Of a DNA stretch of 54,689 nucleotides, positions 7,638 through 18,011 are shown piece by piece. The notes under the pieces were generated by a model. It worked only from the letters and a program-made list of their open reading frames with translations, searched no databases and was not told the origin of the DNA. The stretch comes from a virus (lineage: Duplodnaviria > Caudoviricetes). The stretch spans positions 1 through 54,689 of the IMG/VR virus record IMGVR_UViG_3300005753_000041; one strand, written 5' to 3'. Within the stretch, counting starts at the first letter, position 1, and each line of letters opens with the position of its first letter. A program made the translations under genes and the position numbers.

Positions 7638-10600
7638 TCGGGCCAAGAGGATACCCAGGGAGCAAAGGTCTCGTTGGGGATTCTGGGAATAAAGGGGACA
7701 AAGGTGATTCCGGTGTTGGCGCAACAGTAGTCGATAATGGTGATGGTACATTCACTATATCTGGCGCCAATGGCTCTATTGTATTACGCAATGGTGCCGA
7801 CCCCTCCAAAGGTACAGATTATTTTGATGGGAATACAGGAGATTTCGTAAGTTCTGTCTACGCTAAAATCCCGATAGGAGATCCTGCTCCAACTATAGAT
7901 GCAGGTACAGGCACTTTTGATGGTGTATTAGAGACAATGCCAACAGGCTCAGTTGCATGGTTCGATGAACCTGATTACTCAGTAGGGTTTACAACTTACT
8001 TATCCAAGAATAGATACAAACATGACGTTACAACAGGTGGTTCAGGAACTTGGTCACTACGTAATAATGCATGGTCCACACCTAGAATTTTCACAGATAA
8101 CATAGCTATACAAGGGCGCTTAGTTTCCTATGCGTTTATTAGAGATGTGACACAACCTACCACGCCCAGCGGTGGGAATTACGACAGTCCACTCCCGACA
8201 ACTGCGGGATGGACTGACGGCATTCCTTCTGGAACTACTCCAGTTTACATGGCTAAGCGTTTATTTACTTCAGATGCTTTACCTCCTGAGGATATTGCAT
8301 GGTCAGTACCCCGACTATTAGGTGAGTCGGGGTCTGGGACTAAGTTTCAGTTTGGCTTTACAAGTAGTGGCCCTTGGCATGACATCCCTCTGGAGTCAGA
8401 TGAATGGATGATTGTATGTACTCAAGATAATGCAGGGGCGTATATATGTGATACAGCTAATTCAGTCAAAATTAAAGGTGAAGTAGGGGTAACTGCTCAA
8501 AGTAAGTTCAACGCCTACGCATTTAAACGATCTTTAACTAATTTAAGTGAGCAACCCACAGGTGGAGATTTTGACTTTCCATTTCCTGTAGATGGTGTAA
8601 TCACAGGATGGACTTCTAATATCCCTGCAGGTACTGCCCCTTTATATGTCAGTACCCGTATGTTTACTTCAGATGGTTTAATTCCACAAGATGGTACATG
8701 GGCAATTAGCCAACTATTTTCTGGAGAAGGTGCTGTTAATTTCTTTATTACAGTTAATGCTCAGATATTTTCATATGATACGGAGAATAATAACCCAGCC
8801 CCAATAGCTGTAACATTTACTGCACACAAACAAAATTTAACCGATGGAGTTATATGGACTACTGACCCTGTAACTACTATTGCAGCTAATGTAGGGGCAC
8901 AGGATACACTTCTATTAACTGCAGCAGAGTTTGGTACATTGGAGACTTTGAGGGTTACAGCTACAGCTGGGACATTCACAGATGATATTACTATAGTTAG
9001 AGTTAAAGATGGCCCAGCTGGCTCCTCAGGAGTAGCAACTGAAATAAGACAAGTAAAGTTTCAATTTGCTCCAGACGCCTCCGGTTCTCCGGGCACTTGG
9101 CATGATAGCCCAATGGTGCCTACCGATGATTGGATGCGAGAAGGGACTTTTTATGATGATGTATTGCAGGGATCTTACTCAGTAGGCAATCAAATTACCG
9201 GTGACGATGGCGCAAATACTTATACTGAGTTTTGGTTTGGAGATGCTAATGCCTCAGGAAACCCAGATAGTACTCCAGCTGATTGGACACAAACTCAAGG
9301 TGCGAGTGATGTATATATTATTAGTAGAACGATTACACTAGGTATTGCTAGTGCATGGGGGGCTATAGCCCAAATAAGAGGAGATGATGGGGTAGATGGT
9401 AAGTATTTTGAGACTAGATTCTTTAAGCGTTCATTAGCTTTAGGCGCACCAGCTGATCCAACAGATTATAATAAAACTGCAGAACTTCCTGTAGGATGGG
9501 CAACCGATCCTAATATAGCTACATCTGGAGATGAAGTAATATGGGCAATAACTGCTACTAAATTATTTGATGGTACCTTAGATACTGATTGGTCTGCCAT
9601 TTCAGTTCAATGGGGAGCATACACTCCTAGACAAGGTACAGACTATTCTGACGGTACAGGGGTCTATTTATCCAAAGTATATATAGAAGCGGTTGATGGC
9701 TTCAATACACCCCCTACAGTCAATACAGGCTCTTGGGATGGCTTAACAGAAGTATTGCCTAATGGAGGATGGAGAGATGATCCTTTAAGCCCTACAGCAG
9801 GTAATTATATTTATGAGTCTAGTTTCTTGTACGTATCCACCTTAGTTAGTGGAATAAATACATGGCCTGCAACTGCCGGCACATGGAGTACCCCAACTAA
9901 ATATGCGTATATTCCTGTCTTAGGTACAGATTACTTTAATGGCACAGCCGGTAACGGTACATTCCACTCTTATATATTTCAGAATATACCAATAGGGAAT
10001 ACGTTAGTTGCTCCTACAGACGGTAGCTACGATGGGACTACAGAAGTAGTTCCTGCAAGTTGGACAGACAGTCCAATTACTGCAGCAAATGATCAAGTTA
10101 CTATGGTCAGTGAGAGAACTTATGTAGTTATCAATGATGTATGGCAAGCGTTTCCCGCATGGTCAGACCCTGCAGAGTTCTCAGCAATCAGTGCTTTAGT
10201 TGGTGTGTTAACCAATGATACAGATAGCGTTATATCTGATTTTAATGGAAACAATATTGTATATAATAGTGATGAAGGGGGAAACTTCTTAGTATATTTT
10301 GGGACTCTTGAGGTCACTACAGATTGTACGTTCACTATAGCAGGGGGCGCAGTATCTGCACCTAACCATACGTTAACTCAAAACTCGTTAACTATGAGTA
10401 TTAACCAGAATACTGGGGTGTATACTGTTACTGGACCTCTATGGAACTCAGACAGAGAATCCTTCACTTTAGTTGCTACACATGATGTTTCGGGAACCAT
10501 AGCTACTAAAAAATATAGCTTAACCAAGATAAAAACAGGGGATGTAGGAATATCAGGGACAGCAAACAGATTAGATTTGGCTTATGGTACTTCCATTACT

Positions 10601-12700
10601 GGAGGGACTGTAAATTATCCGACCTTAGCTAGTGCAGCGTCTTCTACAAATAAAACCCATATGGGCACTAATGTAGTTACATGGATACCTCCTGTAACAG
10701 AACCCGCTATAAGTAATACTACAACGGATTATGAGTGGACATTATTGACCGGTGCAGATGGTTTAGATGGGGCAATAGGCAAGGACGGCGTAGACGGTGC
10801 AGATGGTTTAGATGGGGCAATAGGCAATGATGGTTTAGATGGATCTAGCGCGTATACTTTACTAAATACAGCAAACACAACACTTACTCCTTCAACCGTC
10901 ACAGGAAACTCTAGTACTGCTTGGATTAGTGGTGCGTACTCTTTAGAGCAGTACGCGGGTGCAAGCTTCGCATCCTGTAAGTTTGGCACCAAAGTAGATG
11001 GGATGATGTTTGGGCTATCGGATAATGATGGCACCGATGCTCACTTTAATACAATAGATTATGCAATATATATGGTTGCAGACGGGAGTATATATATATA
11101 TGAATCAGGGTCCAATAAAGGGCATCAAATTGCAGCAGTAGATGTAGACATAACCAGCGATGTATTTGCTGTAGTCAATACAGGGAACTCAGTTAAATAT
11201 CTACGGAATGGTCTAGTGCTTTATACCTCGTTAGTGATCCCATCAGGAGCTTACAGATTTGATTGTTCCTTTGCAGGTAATGGGGATAAATTAAGTGAAA
11301 TATCTTTTGGACCAATTGGAGGGGCAGGACTTAGTACTAGGGTAGATTTTGCATACTCAGATAACGACAATGGTGTAGGTAACTTCAATACAGGCACTGC
11401 AGGAGCTACTAACAAATATATAGGCACGAATGCAGTTACTTGGGTTTCGGACGCTATAGAGCCTGCAGTATCGACTGTGCCCGGAGATTATGAATGGTCC
11501 CTGTATACAGGTTCAGACGGGGCTAATGCCATAACTATTATCAACTATACTCCAGCATCTTCAGTAACTACTGATAGTGCAGGAAATTCAGCAAATTACG
11601 GAAACACCGCTACTACGATAGCCATATACGAAGGTGATGTCCAGCTGACTTATGATGGAACAGGCACTGCAGATGGTACTTGGGAGGTTTCCAGTACCAC
11701 AAATGTAGATATAGCTGTAGGTGCTTTGAGTGATGGAGGATTGACTGCAAAGTATGCAGAGACTTCAGGAATGACTGCGGATACGGCTTTTATTACATAC
11801 CAAATAGCCGGAAAAAGATTAAACGGGGGCACCTTTACATCTCAGGCTACACAAGTGTTCAGTAAAGTTAAGCAAGGTGAAGGAGCAATAAGTTTATCAT
11901 TAACCAATAGTAATCATAGTATTCCTTGTAATGAATTAAGTACAGTATTTGATTTTGCTAATTCAGGTACAGATATACATATTTACCAAGGAGGTACTGA
12001 GCTTGATTACGTTGGAGCAGGTGTAGCTGGAGCAGGGACAGCAGATGGAACATGGTTATTGGCTATGACAGGACAAAATGTCATTGCAGGAGGTTTATCT
12101 GATTTCGGGTTATACGTAAGTGTTTCCCCAATACAAGATTGGTCAGGTGGCGTAAATACAACAACTGGTTCAATTACGCACACTATTTCAGGTAAAACAA
12201 TAAATGGAGAACTGTTTACTATAATAGCTTTACAGACTTTTAATAAGGTAATTGGAGCTATTCCAGCCACATTTGAAATTAACACTAATAGCGGTAGTGC
12301 AGGTACTATCACTACACATAAAGGTATAGGTAATGACGTAACTATTACATGGGGTTATTCTCAATCGGGTGAGAATGGTGGATTTGATGGTACTGATTCA
12401 GATGGGGATTATATACAACAAGCAGCCAGCTGTACTTATAGACTATTTAGGGATACAACCGAAATAGATTCTATTGTTGTAGTCCCTACTATCACTTTAC
12501 TAAATTATGATTGGGAAACGGGAGAAGAACCTGAAACATATTTTTATGACCGCATGTTTTGCGTATTTAGTAGTAGAGTTTATGTGGATACGGGCACTGT
12601 AAATAATGTTACTCACAACTATACTATAACTAAATCAGTAAACTATACGCCGATTAGTACTGACACAGGTACTATAGGCACTACTGAACAAACAGTTTAG
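7628..12700 (+). CDS. large modular tail fibre / receptor-binding protein
   Basis: N-terminal collagen Gly-X-Y run, repeated P-x-GG...GW...P...Y modules, internal collagen runs, lectin-like insert; follows adaptor. Confidence 0.8.
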   Translation: MGIVGPRGYPGSKGLVGDSGNKGDKGDSGVGATVVDNGDGTFTISGANGSIVLRNGADPSKGTDYFDGNTGDFVSSVYAKIPIGDPAPTIDAGTGTFDGVLETMPTGSVAWFDEPDYSVGFTTYLSKNRYKHDVTTGGSGTWSLRNNAWSTPRIFTDNIAIQGRLVSYAFIRDVTQPTTPSGGNYDSPLPTTAGWTDGIPSGTTPVYMAKRLFTSDALPPEDIAWSVPRLLGESGSGTKFQFGFTSSGPWHDIPLESDEWMIVCTQDNAGAYICDTANSVKIKGEVGVTAQSKFNAYAFKRSLTNLSEQPTGGDFDFPFPVDGVITGWTSNIPAGTAPLYVSTRMFTSDGLIPQDGTWAISQLFSGEGAVNFFITVNAQIFSYDTENNNPAPIAVTFTAHKQNLTDGVIWTTDPVTTIAANVGAQDTLLLTAAEFGTLETLRVTATAGTFTDDITIVRVKDGPAGSSGVATEIRQVKFQFAPDASGSPGTWHDSPMVPTDDWMREGTFYDDVLQGSYSVGNQITGDDGANTYTEFWFGDANASGNPDSTPADWTQTQGASDVYIISRTITLGIASAWGAIAQIRGDDGVDGKYFETRFFKRSLALGAPADPTDYNKTAELPVGWATDPNIATSGDEVIWAITATKLFDGTLDTDWSAISVQWGAYTPRQGTDYSDGTGVYLSKVYIEAVDGFNTPPTVNTGSWDGLTEVLPNGGWRDDPLSPTAGNYIYESSFLYVSTLVSGINTWPATAGTWSTPTKYAYIPVLGTDYFNGTAGNGTFHSYIFQNIPIGNTLVAPTDGSYDGTTEVVPASWTDSPITAANDQVTMVSERTYVVINDVWQAFPAWSDPAEFSAISALVGVLTNDTDSVISDFNGNNIVYNSDEGGNFLVYFGTLEVTTDCTFTIAGGAVSAPNHTLTQNSLTMSINQNTGVYTVTGPLWNSDRESFTLVATHDVSGTIATKKYSLTKIKTGDVGISGTANRLDLAYGTSITGGTVNYPTLASAASSTNKTHMGTNVVTWIPPVTEPAISNTTTDYEWTLLTGADGLDGAIGKDGVDGADGLDGAIGNDGLDGSSAYTLLNTANTTLTPSTVTGNSSTAWISGAYSLEQYAGASFASCKFGTKVDGMMFGLSDNDGTDAHFNTIDYAIYMVADGSIYIYESGSNKGHQIAAVDVDITSDVFAVVNTGNSVKYLRNGLVLYTSLVIPSGAYRFDCSFAGNGDKLSEISFGPIGGAGLSTRVDFAYSDNDNGVGNFNTGTAGATNKYIGTNAVTWVSDAIEPAVSTVPGDYEWSLYTGSDGANAITIINYTPASSVTTDSAGNSANYGNTATTIAIYEGDVQLTYDGTGTADGTWEVSSTTNVDIAVGALSDGGLTAKYAETSGMTADTAFITYQIAGKRLNGGTFTSQATQVFSKVKQGEGAISLSLTNSNHSIPCNELSTVFDFANSGTDIHIYQGGTELDYVGAGVAGAGTADGTWLLAMTGQNVIAGGLSDFGLYVSVSPIQDWSGGVNTTTGSITHTISGKTINGELFTIIALQTFNKVIGAIPATFEINTNSGSAGTITTHKGIGNDVTITWGYSQSGENGGFDGTDSDGDYIQQAASCTYRLFRDTTEIDSIVVVPTITLLNYDWETGEEPETYFYDRMFCVFSSRVYVDTGTVNNVTHNYTITKSVNYTPISTDTGTIGTTEQTV
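10750..10843 (+). repeat. 45-nt-period direct repeat encoding collagen-like GADGLDGAIG
   Basis: CGGTGCAGATGGTTTAGATGGGGCAATAGGCAA identical at 10750-10782 and 10795-10827, partial third copy. Confidence 0.9.
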
Positions 12701-12752
12701 ATTTTAATTAAAATAATATATACTTCGATTAGTGTATAAAATAGGTAAAAGT

Positions 12753-14891
12753 ATGGAACTTGATAAACCTGAAGAAGGGCGTTTAGAAATAGGTGCAGAA
12801 ACTGAGAAGTTTACTGATTGGGAAAACGAACCTACTGTAAAAGACTTTAAGCAAGACTACACGGATGCCTCCTCTGATAGGGAGAGCCACATATCAGATG
12901 TTAACCGTTGGTTAGATAATCTCAATATAACTGGTATGACTAAACGTAAGAAGGTTAAAGGGAGATCTAGCATTGTCCCTAAACTAATTCGTAAGCAAGC
13001 TGAGTGGCGCTACGCTTCTCTAAGTGAGCCTTTCCTAAGTACAGATGATATATTCAATGCTGACCCAATAACATATGAAGATAAGAAGGCAGCCATACAA
13101 AATGGATTAGTTCTTAACAACCAACTCAATACTAAAATACAAAAGACTAAGTTCATTGATGAATACATTAGAACAGCAGTAGATGAAGGTACGGTTATAG
13201 TCAGAGTTGGATGGGACTTTGAAGAGGAAGAGGTTGAGGTTCCTGATTACCAATTACAACCCTCTAATGATCCTGCAGTAGCTCAACAACATCAGCAGAT
13301 TATGCAACAGATGCAAGCTGATCCTAATTCAATGAATCTATTACCTCCTGAGATGCGACAAGCCCATGAGCTTACAATGCGAACCAATGTCCCCCATATA
13401 CCTATACAAGTTGGCGTTAAGTTAGTAATGAATACTTTACGTAACCAACCTACACTAGATATAGTTAATTATAAAAACATAACAATTGACCCTTCAGCAA
13501 TGGGGGACTTAGATAAAGCTAGTTTTATTATATATAGTTTTGAGTCCTCTTTGTCTGAATTGAAGAGGGATGGTAAGTACAAGAACTTAGATGAAATTGA
13601 CATCGAAAATAATGATATTTTAGGTGAACCTGATCATGATTCAGATGATTTAAGTAACTTTAACTTTGCGGATAAAGCACGTAAGAAATTTGTGGTTTAT
13701 GAGTACTGGGGCTATTGGGATATACATGATAATGGTACAGTGGAGCCTATTGTAGCCACCTATGTAGGTAACATACTTATACGCCTAGAAGAGAATCCTT
13801 TTCCAGACAAAAAACTACCTTTCGTAGCGGCTGCATATTTACCGGTTAGACGTTCGATATATGGGCAACCAGACGGAGAGTTATTAGAAGAAAACCAACA
13901 AATCATTGGAGCAGTCACCCGAGGTATGATTGACATCATGGGTAGAAGTGCCAATGGACAGATGGGTAGACGTAAAGATGCCTTAGATGTAACCAATAGG
14001 CGTAAGTATGATGCTGGAGAAGATTACGAGTTCAATGCAACAATGGACCCACGACAGGGCTTCTTCATGCATACCTACCCAGAGATCCCTAATTCAGCAC
14101 AGTTTATGCTAACTGCACAAAATGCAGAAGCAGAGAGCATGTCAGGAGTCCGAGCATTCGCACAGAGTAATACTGGCAGTATTGGTTCACAAACTGCAGC
14201 AGGTGTACGCTCTGCTATGGATGCGTCCTCTAAAAGAGAGCTTGGTATATTACGTAGACTTGCAGAGGGTATGAAACAAATTGGACGTAAAATAGTTAGC
14301 ATGAATGCTGAATTTCTAGATGAAGAAGAAGTAGTAAGAGTAACTAATGAAGAGTTTGTAACTATCCGTAAAGATGATCTACAAGGTAACTTTGATTTAA
14401 GACTTACTATAAGTACAGCAGAAGCCGATAATAGTAAAGCAGAAGAATTAGCCTTTATGTTACAGACTACTGGACAAACAATGGGACCAGAGTTCTCCCA
14501 AATCATTTTAGCTGATATAGCTAGACTAAGAAAAATGCCTGAGTTGTCTAAGAAAATTCAGGCATACCAACCTCAACCCGACCCAATAGCAGAAGAAAAA
14601 GCTAAGTTAGAAGTAGAGTTCCTCAAAGCACAAATAGCCAATGAATATGCTAAAGCTAATGAGAACAATGCTAACGCTAATTTAGATAACGCTAAGGTAG
14701 GGAACTTGAGTAGTGATACTGACCAGAAGAACTTAGACTTCTTGGAACAAGAGTCAGGCACTAAACAAGCAAGGGACCTTCAATTACAAGGTGAACAGGC
14801 TAGAGGGAACATGATCCTCGAAAACCAGAAACACGTTAATAAGGTCCGAGAAAACCAGTTGAAGCCACTGGCTTCAGCTAAATCTGCCTAA
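12753..14891 (+). CDS. portal protein (N4 gp59-like)
   Basis: TDWENEPT, GRSSIVPKLIRKQAEWRYASLSEPFL, VYEYWG, RLEENPFPDKKLPF; ATG at 12753 has AGGT RBS (track start 12732). Confidence 0.93.
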   Translation: MELDKPEEGRLEIGAETEKFTDWENEPTVKDFKQDYTDASSDRESHISDVNRWLDNLNITGMTKRKKVKGRSSIVPKLIRKQAEWRYASLSEPFLSTDDIFNADPITYEDKKAAIQNGLVLNNQLNTKIQKTKFIDEYIRTAVDEGTVIVRVGWDFEEEEVEVPDYQLQPSNDPAVAQQHQQIMQQMQADPNSMNLLPPEMRQAHELTMRTNVPHIPIQVGVKLVMNTLRNQPTLDIVNYKNITIDPSAMGDLDKASFIIYSFESSLSELKRDGKYKNLDEIDIENNDILGEPDHDSDDLSNFNFADKARKKFVVYEYWGYWDIHDNGTVEPIVATYVGNILIRLEENPFPDKKLPFVAAAYLPVRRSIYGQPDGELLEENQQIIGAVTRGMIDIMGRSANGQMGRRKDALDVTNRRKYDAGEDYEFNATMDPRQGFFMHTYPEIPNSAQFMLTAQNAEAESMSGVRAFAQSNTGSIGSQTAAGVRSAMDASSKRELGILRRLAEGMKQIGRKIVSMNAEFLDEEEVVRVTNEEFVTIRKDDLQGNFDLRLTISTAEADNSKAEELAFMLQTTGQTMGPEFSQIILADIARLRKMPELSKKIQAYQPQPDPIAEEKAKLEVEFLKAQIANEYAKANENNANANLDNAKVGNLSSDTDQKNLDFLEQESGTKQARDLQLQGEQARGNMILENQKHVNKVRENQLKPLASAKSA

Positions 14892-14939
14892 CGGCAACTA
14901 AACCTACAGGTCAAGCTGGGGGACACACGAGGAAGTACC

Positions 14940-15275
14940 ATGAGTGAGCAAGACTTAGCAGAACTAGAAGTATCAAGTAAACATTGTAAAGAAACAATTG
15001 AAACCTACGAAGCTTATGATCGTTTATCTAAAAACAAGGATTTCAAACACCTTATTGAAGATACGTATTTTTTAACATATGCTAGTAGATTAGTTCTATT
15101 ACGTGCAGAGACAAATTTATCTAAAGATATACAAGAAAATATACTTAGAGAAATTGACGGTATTGGATTTTTCCGCAGTTTCTTAAAACAAGTTATTCAA
15201 GCAGGGCACTTAGCTAAGAATACGTTAAGTCAGGATGACGAAACTAGAGAAGAAATTCTAGGGGAGGGCATCTAA
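14940..15275 (+). CDS. N4 gp58-like conserved protein
   Basis: RLSKNKDFKHLIEDTYF motif; sits between portal and scaffold; GAGG RBS. Confidence 0.7.
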   Translation: MSEQDLAELEVSSKHCKETIETYEAYDRLSKNKDFKHLIEDTYFLTYASRLVLLRAETNLSKDIQENILREIDGIGFFRSFLKQVIQAGHLAKNTLSQDDETREEILGEGI

Positions 15276-15276
15276 T

Positions 15277-16443
15277 ATGAGTACAGAAACTGATACTCCA
15301 GAAGGCGATGAACATCTACAGAATCCTTTAGACTTATCTGATGAAGAAATAATGGAAATGCCTGAGCCAGAAGACCTTCCTGCTGAAGGAGAGGATGCTG
15401 AGCCGGAAGAGAAGGAGCTTAAGGAAGACCCTGAACCCAAACTTGATCCAGATGCTACTGAGGAAGTCGATGATGATACCGAAGAAGAAGAAGATGAACA
15501 AACTACACCGGATTCAGAACCCTTCAGAGAGACTACGCAAGCCTACGAATCAGATGAAGATACCCCAGAATCTGAAGAAGTAGATAAGAAGTCTACACAA
15601 GAGGTTGACAATAAGCTAGACTATGAAGCAGAATACAAGAAGTTGTTACAACCCTTTAAGGCAAGTGGTAGAGAAGTCCAGATTAAGAATGTGGATGAAG
15701 CTCTAAGACTTATGCAAATGGGCGCTGACTACAATAAGAAGATGGCTGGACTCAAACCCAACTTGAAACTTCTTAAAATGTTAGAGAACAATGGAATTTT
15801 AGAAGAAACTAAACTTAGTTATTTAATAGACTTGGATAAGAAAAATCCACAGGCTATCACTAAGTTGCTAAAAGATAGCGGGGTAGACCCCTTAGACGTA
15901 GATGTTAACGTAGATACTGAATACAAACCAAGTACTTACACTGTAGATGATAAACAAGTGGAACTCGATTCCGTCCTAGATGATATAAAGGACTCTGACG
16001 GATATGACCGCACTATCGACATCATAGGCAATAAGTGGGATGAATCCAGTAGAGTATTTTTGTATGAGAATCCAGCAGAAATAAAGTTTATCAATGAGCA
16101 TATAGCGAACGGAACATATGATCAAGTAAACAAGATGGTGCAAGACCAACGTATGCTAGGAAACCTTACAGGAGTCTCGGATGTAGATGCGTATCGTAAT
16201 GTAGGCAATTACATGCAACAGAATAAGTTATTTAAAGGGCAACAGTCCAATATTCAACCTAATCTAAATGCCAATGTGACTACTGAAACTACAGGTACAG
16301 TCTCAGATCCCAAGCTTAAGAATCGAAAGAAAGCAGCAAGCGCAACTAAAGCAGCTCCAAGCAAGAAAGAGAAAACATCGGATTTTAATCCACTAGCCCT
16401 TTCTGATGAAGAGTTTGCTAGGGTAAGCGAACCACAAATTTAA
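15277..16443 (+). CDS. N4 gp57-like scaffold (often annotated tape measure)
   Basis: Acidic N-terminus, PFKASGRE...LMQMGADYNKKM, LSYLIDL, C-terminal NPLALSDEEF; precedes capsid gene. Confidence 0.85.
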   Translation: MSTETDTPEGDEHLQNPLDLSDEEIMEMPEPEDLPAEGEDAEPEEKELKEDPEPKLDPDATEEVDDDTEEEEDEQTTPDSEPFRETTQAYESDEDTPESEEVDKKSTQEVDNKLDYEAEYKKLLQPFKASGREVQIKNVDEALRLMQMGADYNKKMAGLKPNLKLLKMLENNGILEETKLSYLIDLDKKNPQAITKLLKDSGVDPLDVDVNVDTEYKPSTYTVDDKQVELDSVLDDIKDSDGYDRTIDIIGNKWDESSRVFLYENPAEIKFINEHIANGTYDQVNKMVQDQRMLGNLTGVSDVDAYRNVGNYMQQNKLFKGQQSNIQPNLNANVTTETTGTVSDPKLKNRKKAASATKAAPSKKEKTSDFNPLALSDEEFARVSEPQI

Positions 16444-16466
16444 CGTAATTTTACAGGAGGCCACTA

Positions 16467-17942
16467 ATGGCTAACGAAAGAGTTTATGGCAATGGTACTA
16501 ATTCAAGTATCGGTGCCACACAATTTAATGACTTCTATTGGCAGAAAAAAGCCCTCATAGAGGCAAAAAAAGAACAATACTTTGGGCAGATGGCAGACAC
16601 TATGTCTATGCCTAAGCACATGGGTAAGAAGATTAAACGGTACCATTACTTACCATTGCTCGATGATGCTAACATCAACGATCAAGGTATTGATGCAAAT
16701 TCAGCAATCACTGAATTTAAAGAAACCTTTACCTTTCAACCTCCGGGAACAGTTGTAGCATCTAATGGTGAGAACTTAGTTTTCGCTATAGGTGAAGGAA
16801 CTGGAGCAGCAGCAGCCACAACTGCAGCTAAAGTAAAAGCTAACCTAGTAGGTGCTTTTGCTAACGAAGGTTACTCAATCACTTGGAACACTTCTTATGC
16901 TCAAACAATCCTAGACATTCGTGCCCTTGGTTGGAAAGTATCTGATGATACCCATAATGAAATCCCAATCTTCCCGTACACAGCCCCTGTCTTTGATGGC
17001 GGTAACATGTATGGTTCAAGCAAAGATGTAGGCACTATCCTTAACAAACTCCCAGCATTATCGGAAGTTGGTGGGCGAGTTAACCGTGTAGGTTTCAAGC
17101 GAGTTGAATTAGAAGGTACACTAGAGAAATTTGGTTTCTTCGATGAATACACTCAAGAGTCTATGGACTTTGATACTGATTCAGAAATGATGATGCATGT
17201 TAATCGTGAAATGATCAATGGTGCTAACGAGATTACTGAAGACGCACTTCAAATTGATTTATTAAACTCAGCAGGTGTTGTACGTTTCGGTGGAATTGCT
17301 ACTCAAACTTCTGAGATATCTGCAGAGGGTACAGTCTCTACTCCTACTTATGAAGATTTATTACGTTTATCAATTGATTTGGATAACAATCGTACACCTA
17401 AGTCTACTACCTTGATTACAGGTACGCGCATGGTTGATACGAAGACTGTTCAAGCAGCTCGTTACATGTTCATCGGTTCTGAGTTAATCACTATGGTTAA
17501 AAAGATTAAGTCTTTAGACGGCTCTTCAGCTGTAGGTTCTGGTTTTGTATCTGTTGAGAAATATGCAGATGCTGGCTCAGTAGCTCTTGGTGAGATTGGA
17601 CAGATTGACCAGTTCAAGATTATCGTTGTTCCTGAAATGTTACATTGGGCAGGTGCCGGTGCCGCAGTTGGGACAAATCCTGGATACAGAGAAACTGGTG
17701 GAAACTACGATGTATATCCAATGCTAGTTATTGGGGATAAATCGTTTACTACTATCGGTTTCCAAACTGACGGAAAATCTGTTAAGTTCAAGATTAAGCA
17801 CTCTAAGCCGGGTGACAGTATCTCGTACTCAAAAGATGATCCTTATGGCGAAATAGGCTTCATGTCTATTAAATGGTACTACGGTTTCATGGTACTACGT
17901 CCAGAACGTATCGCAGTTGTTAAGTGTGTTGCAGAATACTAG
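16467..17942 (+). CDS. major capsid protein (N4 gp56-like) with internal insertion
   Basis: YFGQMADTMSMPKHMGKKIK, PLLDDANINDQGIDA, YGSSKD, GGRVNRVGF, DPYGEIGFMSIKWYYG. Confidence 0.95.
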   Translation: MANERVYGNGTNSSIGATQFNDFYWQKKALIEAKKEQYFGQMADTMSMPKHMGKKIKRYHYLPLLDDANINDQGIDANSAITEFKETFTFQPPGTVVASNGENLVFAIGEGTGAAAATTAAKVKANLVGAFANEGYSITWNTSYAQTILDIRALGWKVSDDTHNEIPIFPYTAPVFDGGNMYGSSKDVGTILNKLPALSEVGGRVNRVGFKRVELEGTLEKFGFFDEYTQESMDFDTDSEMMMHVNREMINGANEITEDALQIDLLNSAGVVRFGGIATQTSEISAEGTVSTPTYEDLLRLSIDLDNNRTPKSTTLITGTRMVDTKTVQAARYMFIGSELITMVKKIKSLDGSSAVGSGFVSVEKYADAGSVALGEIGQIDQFKIIVVPEMLHWAGAGAAVGTNPGYRETGGNYDVYPMLVIGDKSFTTIGFQTDGKSVKFKIKHSKPGDSISYSKDDPYGEIGFMSIKWYYGFMVLRPERIAVVKCVAEY

Positions 17943-17964
17943 TAGTACACTAAACTAAACTAAT

Positions 17965-17996
17965 ATAAGCCTCTCAATCCTGAGGGGCTTATTTTT
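17965..17996 (+). terminator. intrinsic terminator after capsid gene
   Basis: ATAAGCCTCTCA-ATCC-TGAGGGGCTTAT followed by T-run. Confidence 0.85.
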
Positions 17997-18011
17997 ATAA
18001 GAGAGAAAGAA

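Noticed and set aside
12701-12752. Promoter upstream of portal
   Set aside because: AT-rich with -10-like hexamers but no convincing -35; insufficient support
16700-16995. Intein in capsid (or in vRNAP/polymerase insertions)
   Set aside because: No C/S...HN-C/S/T splice junctions or LAGLIDADG motifs seen
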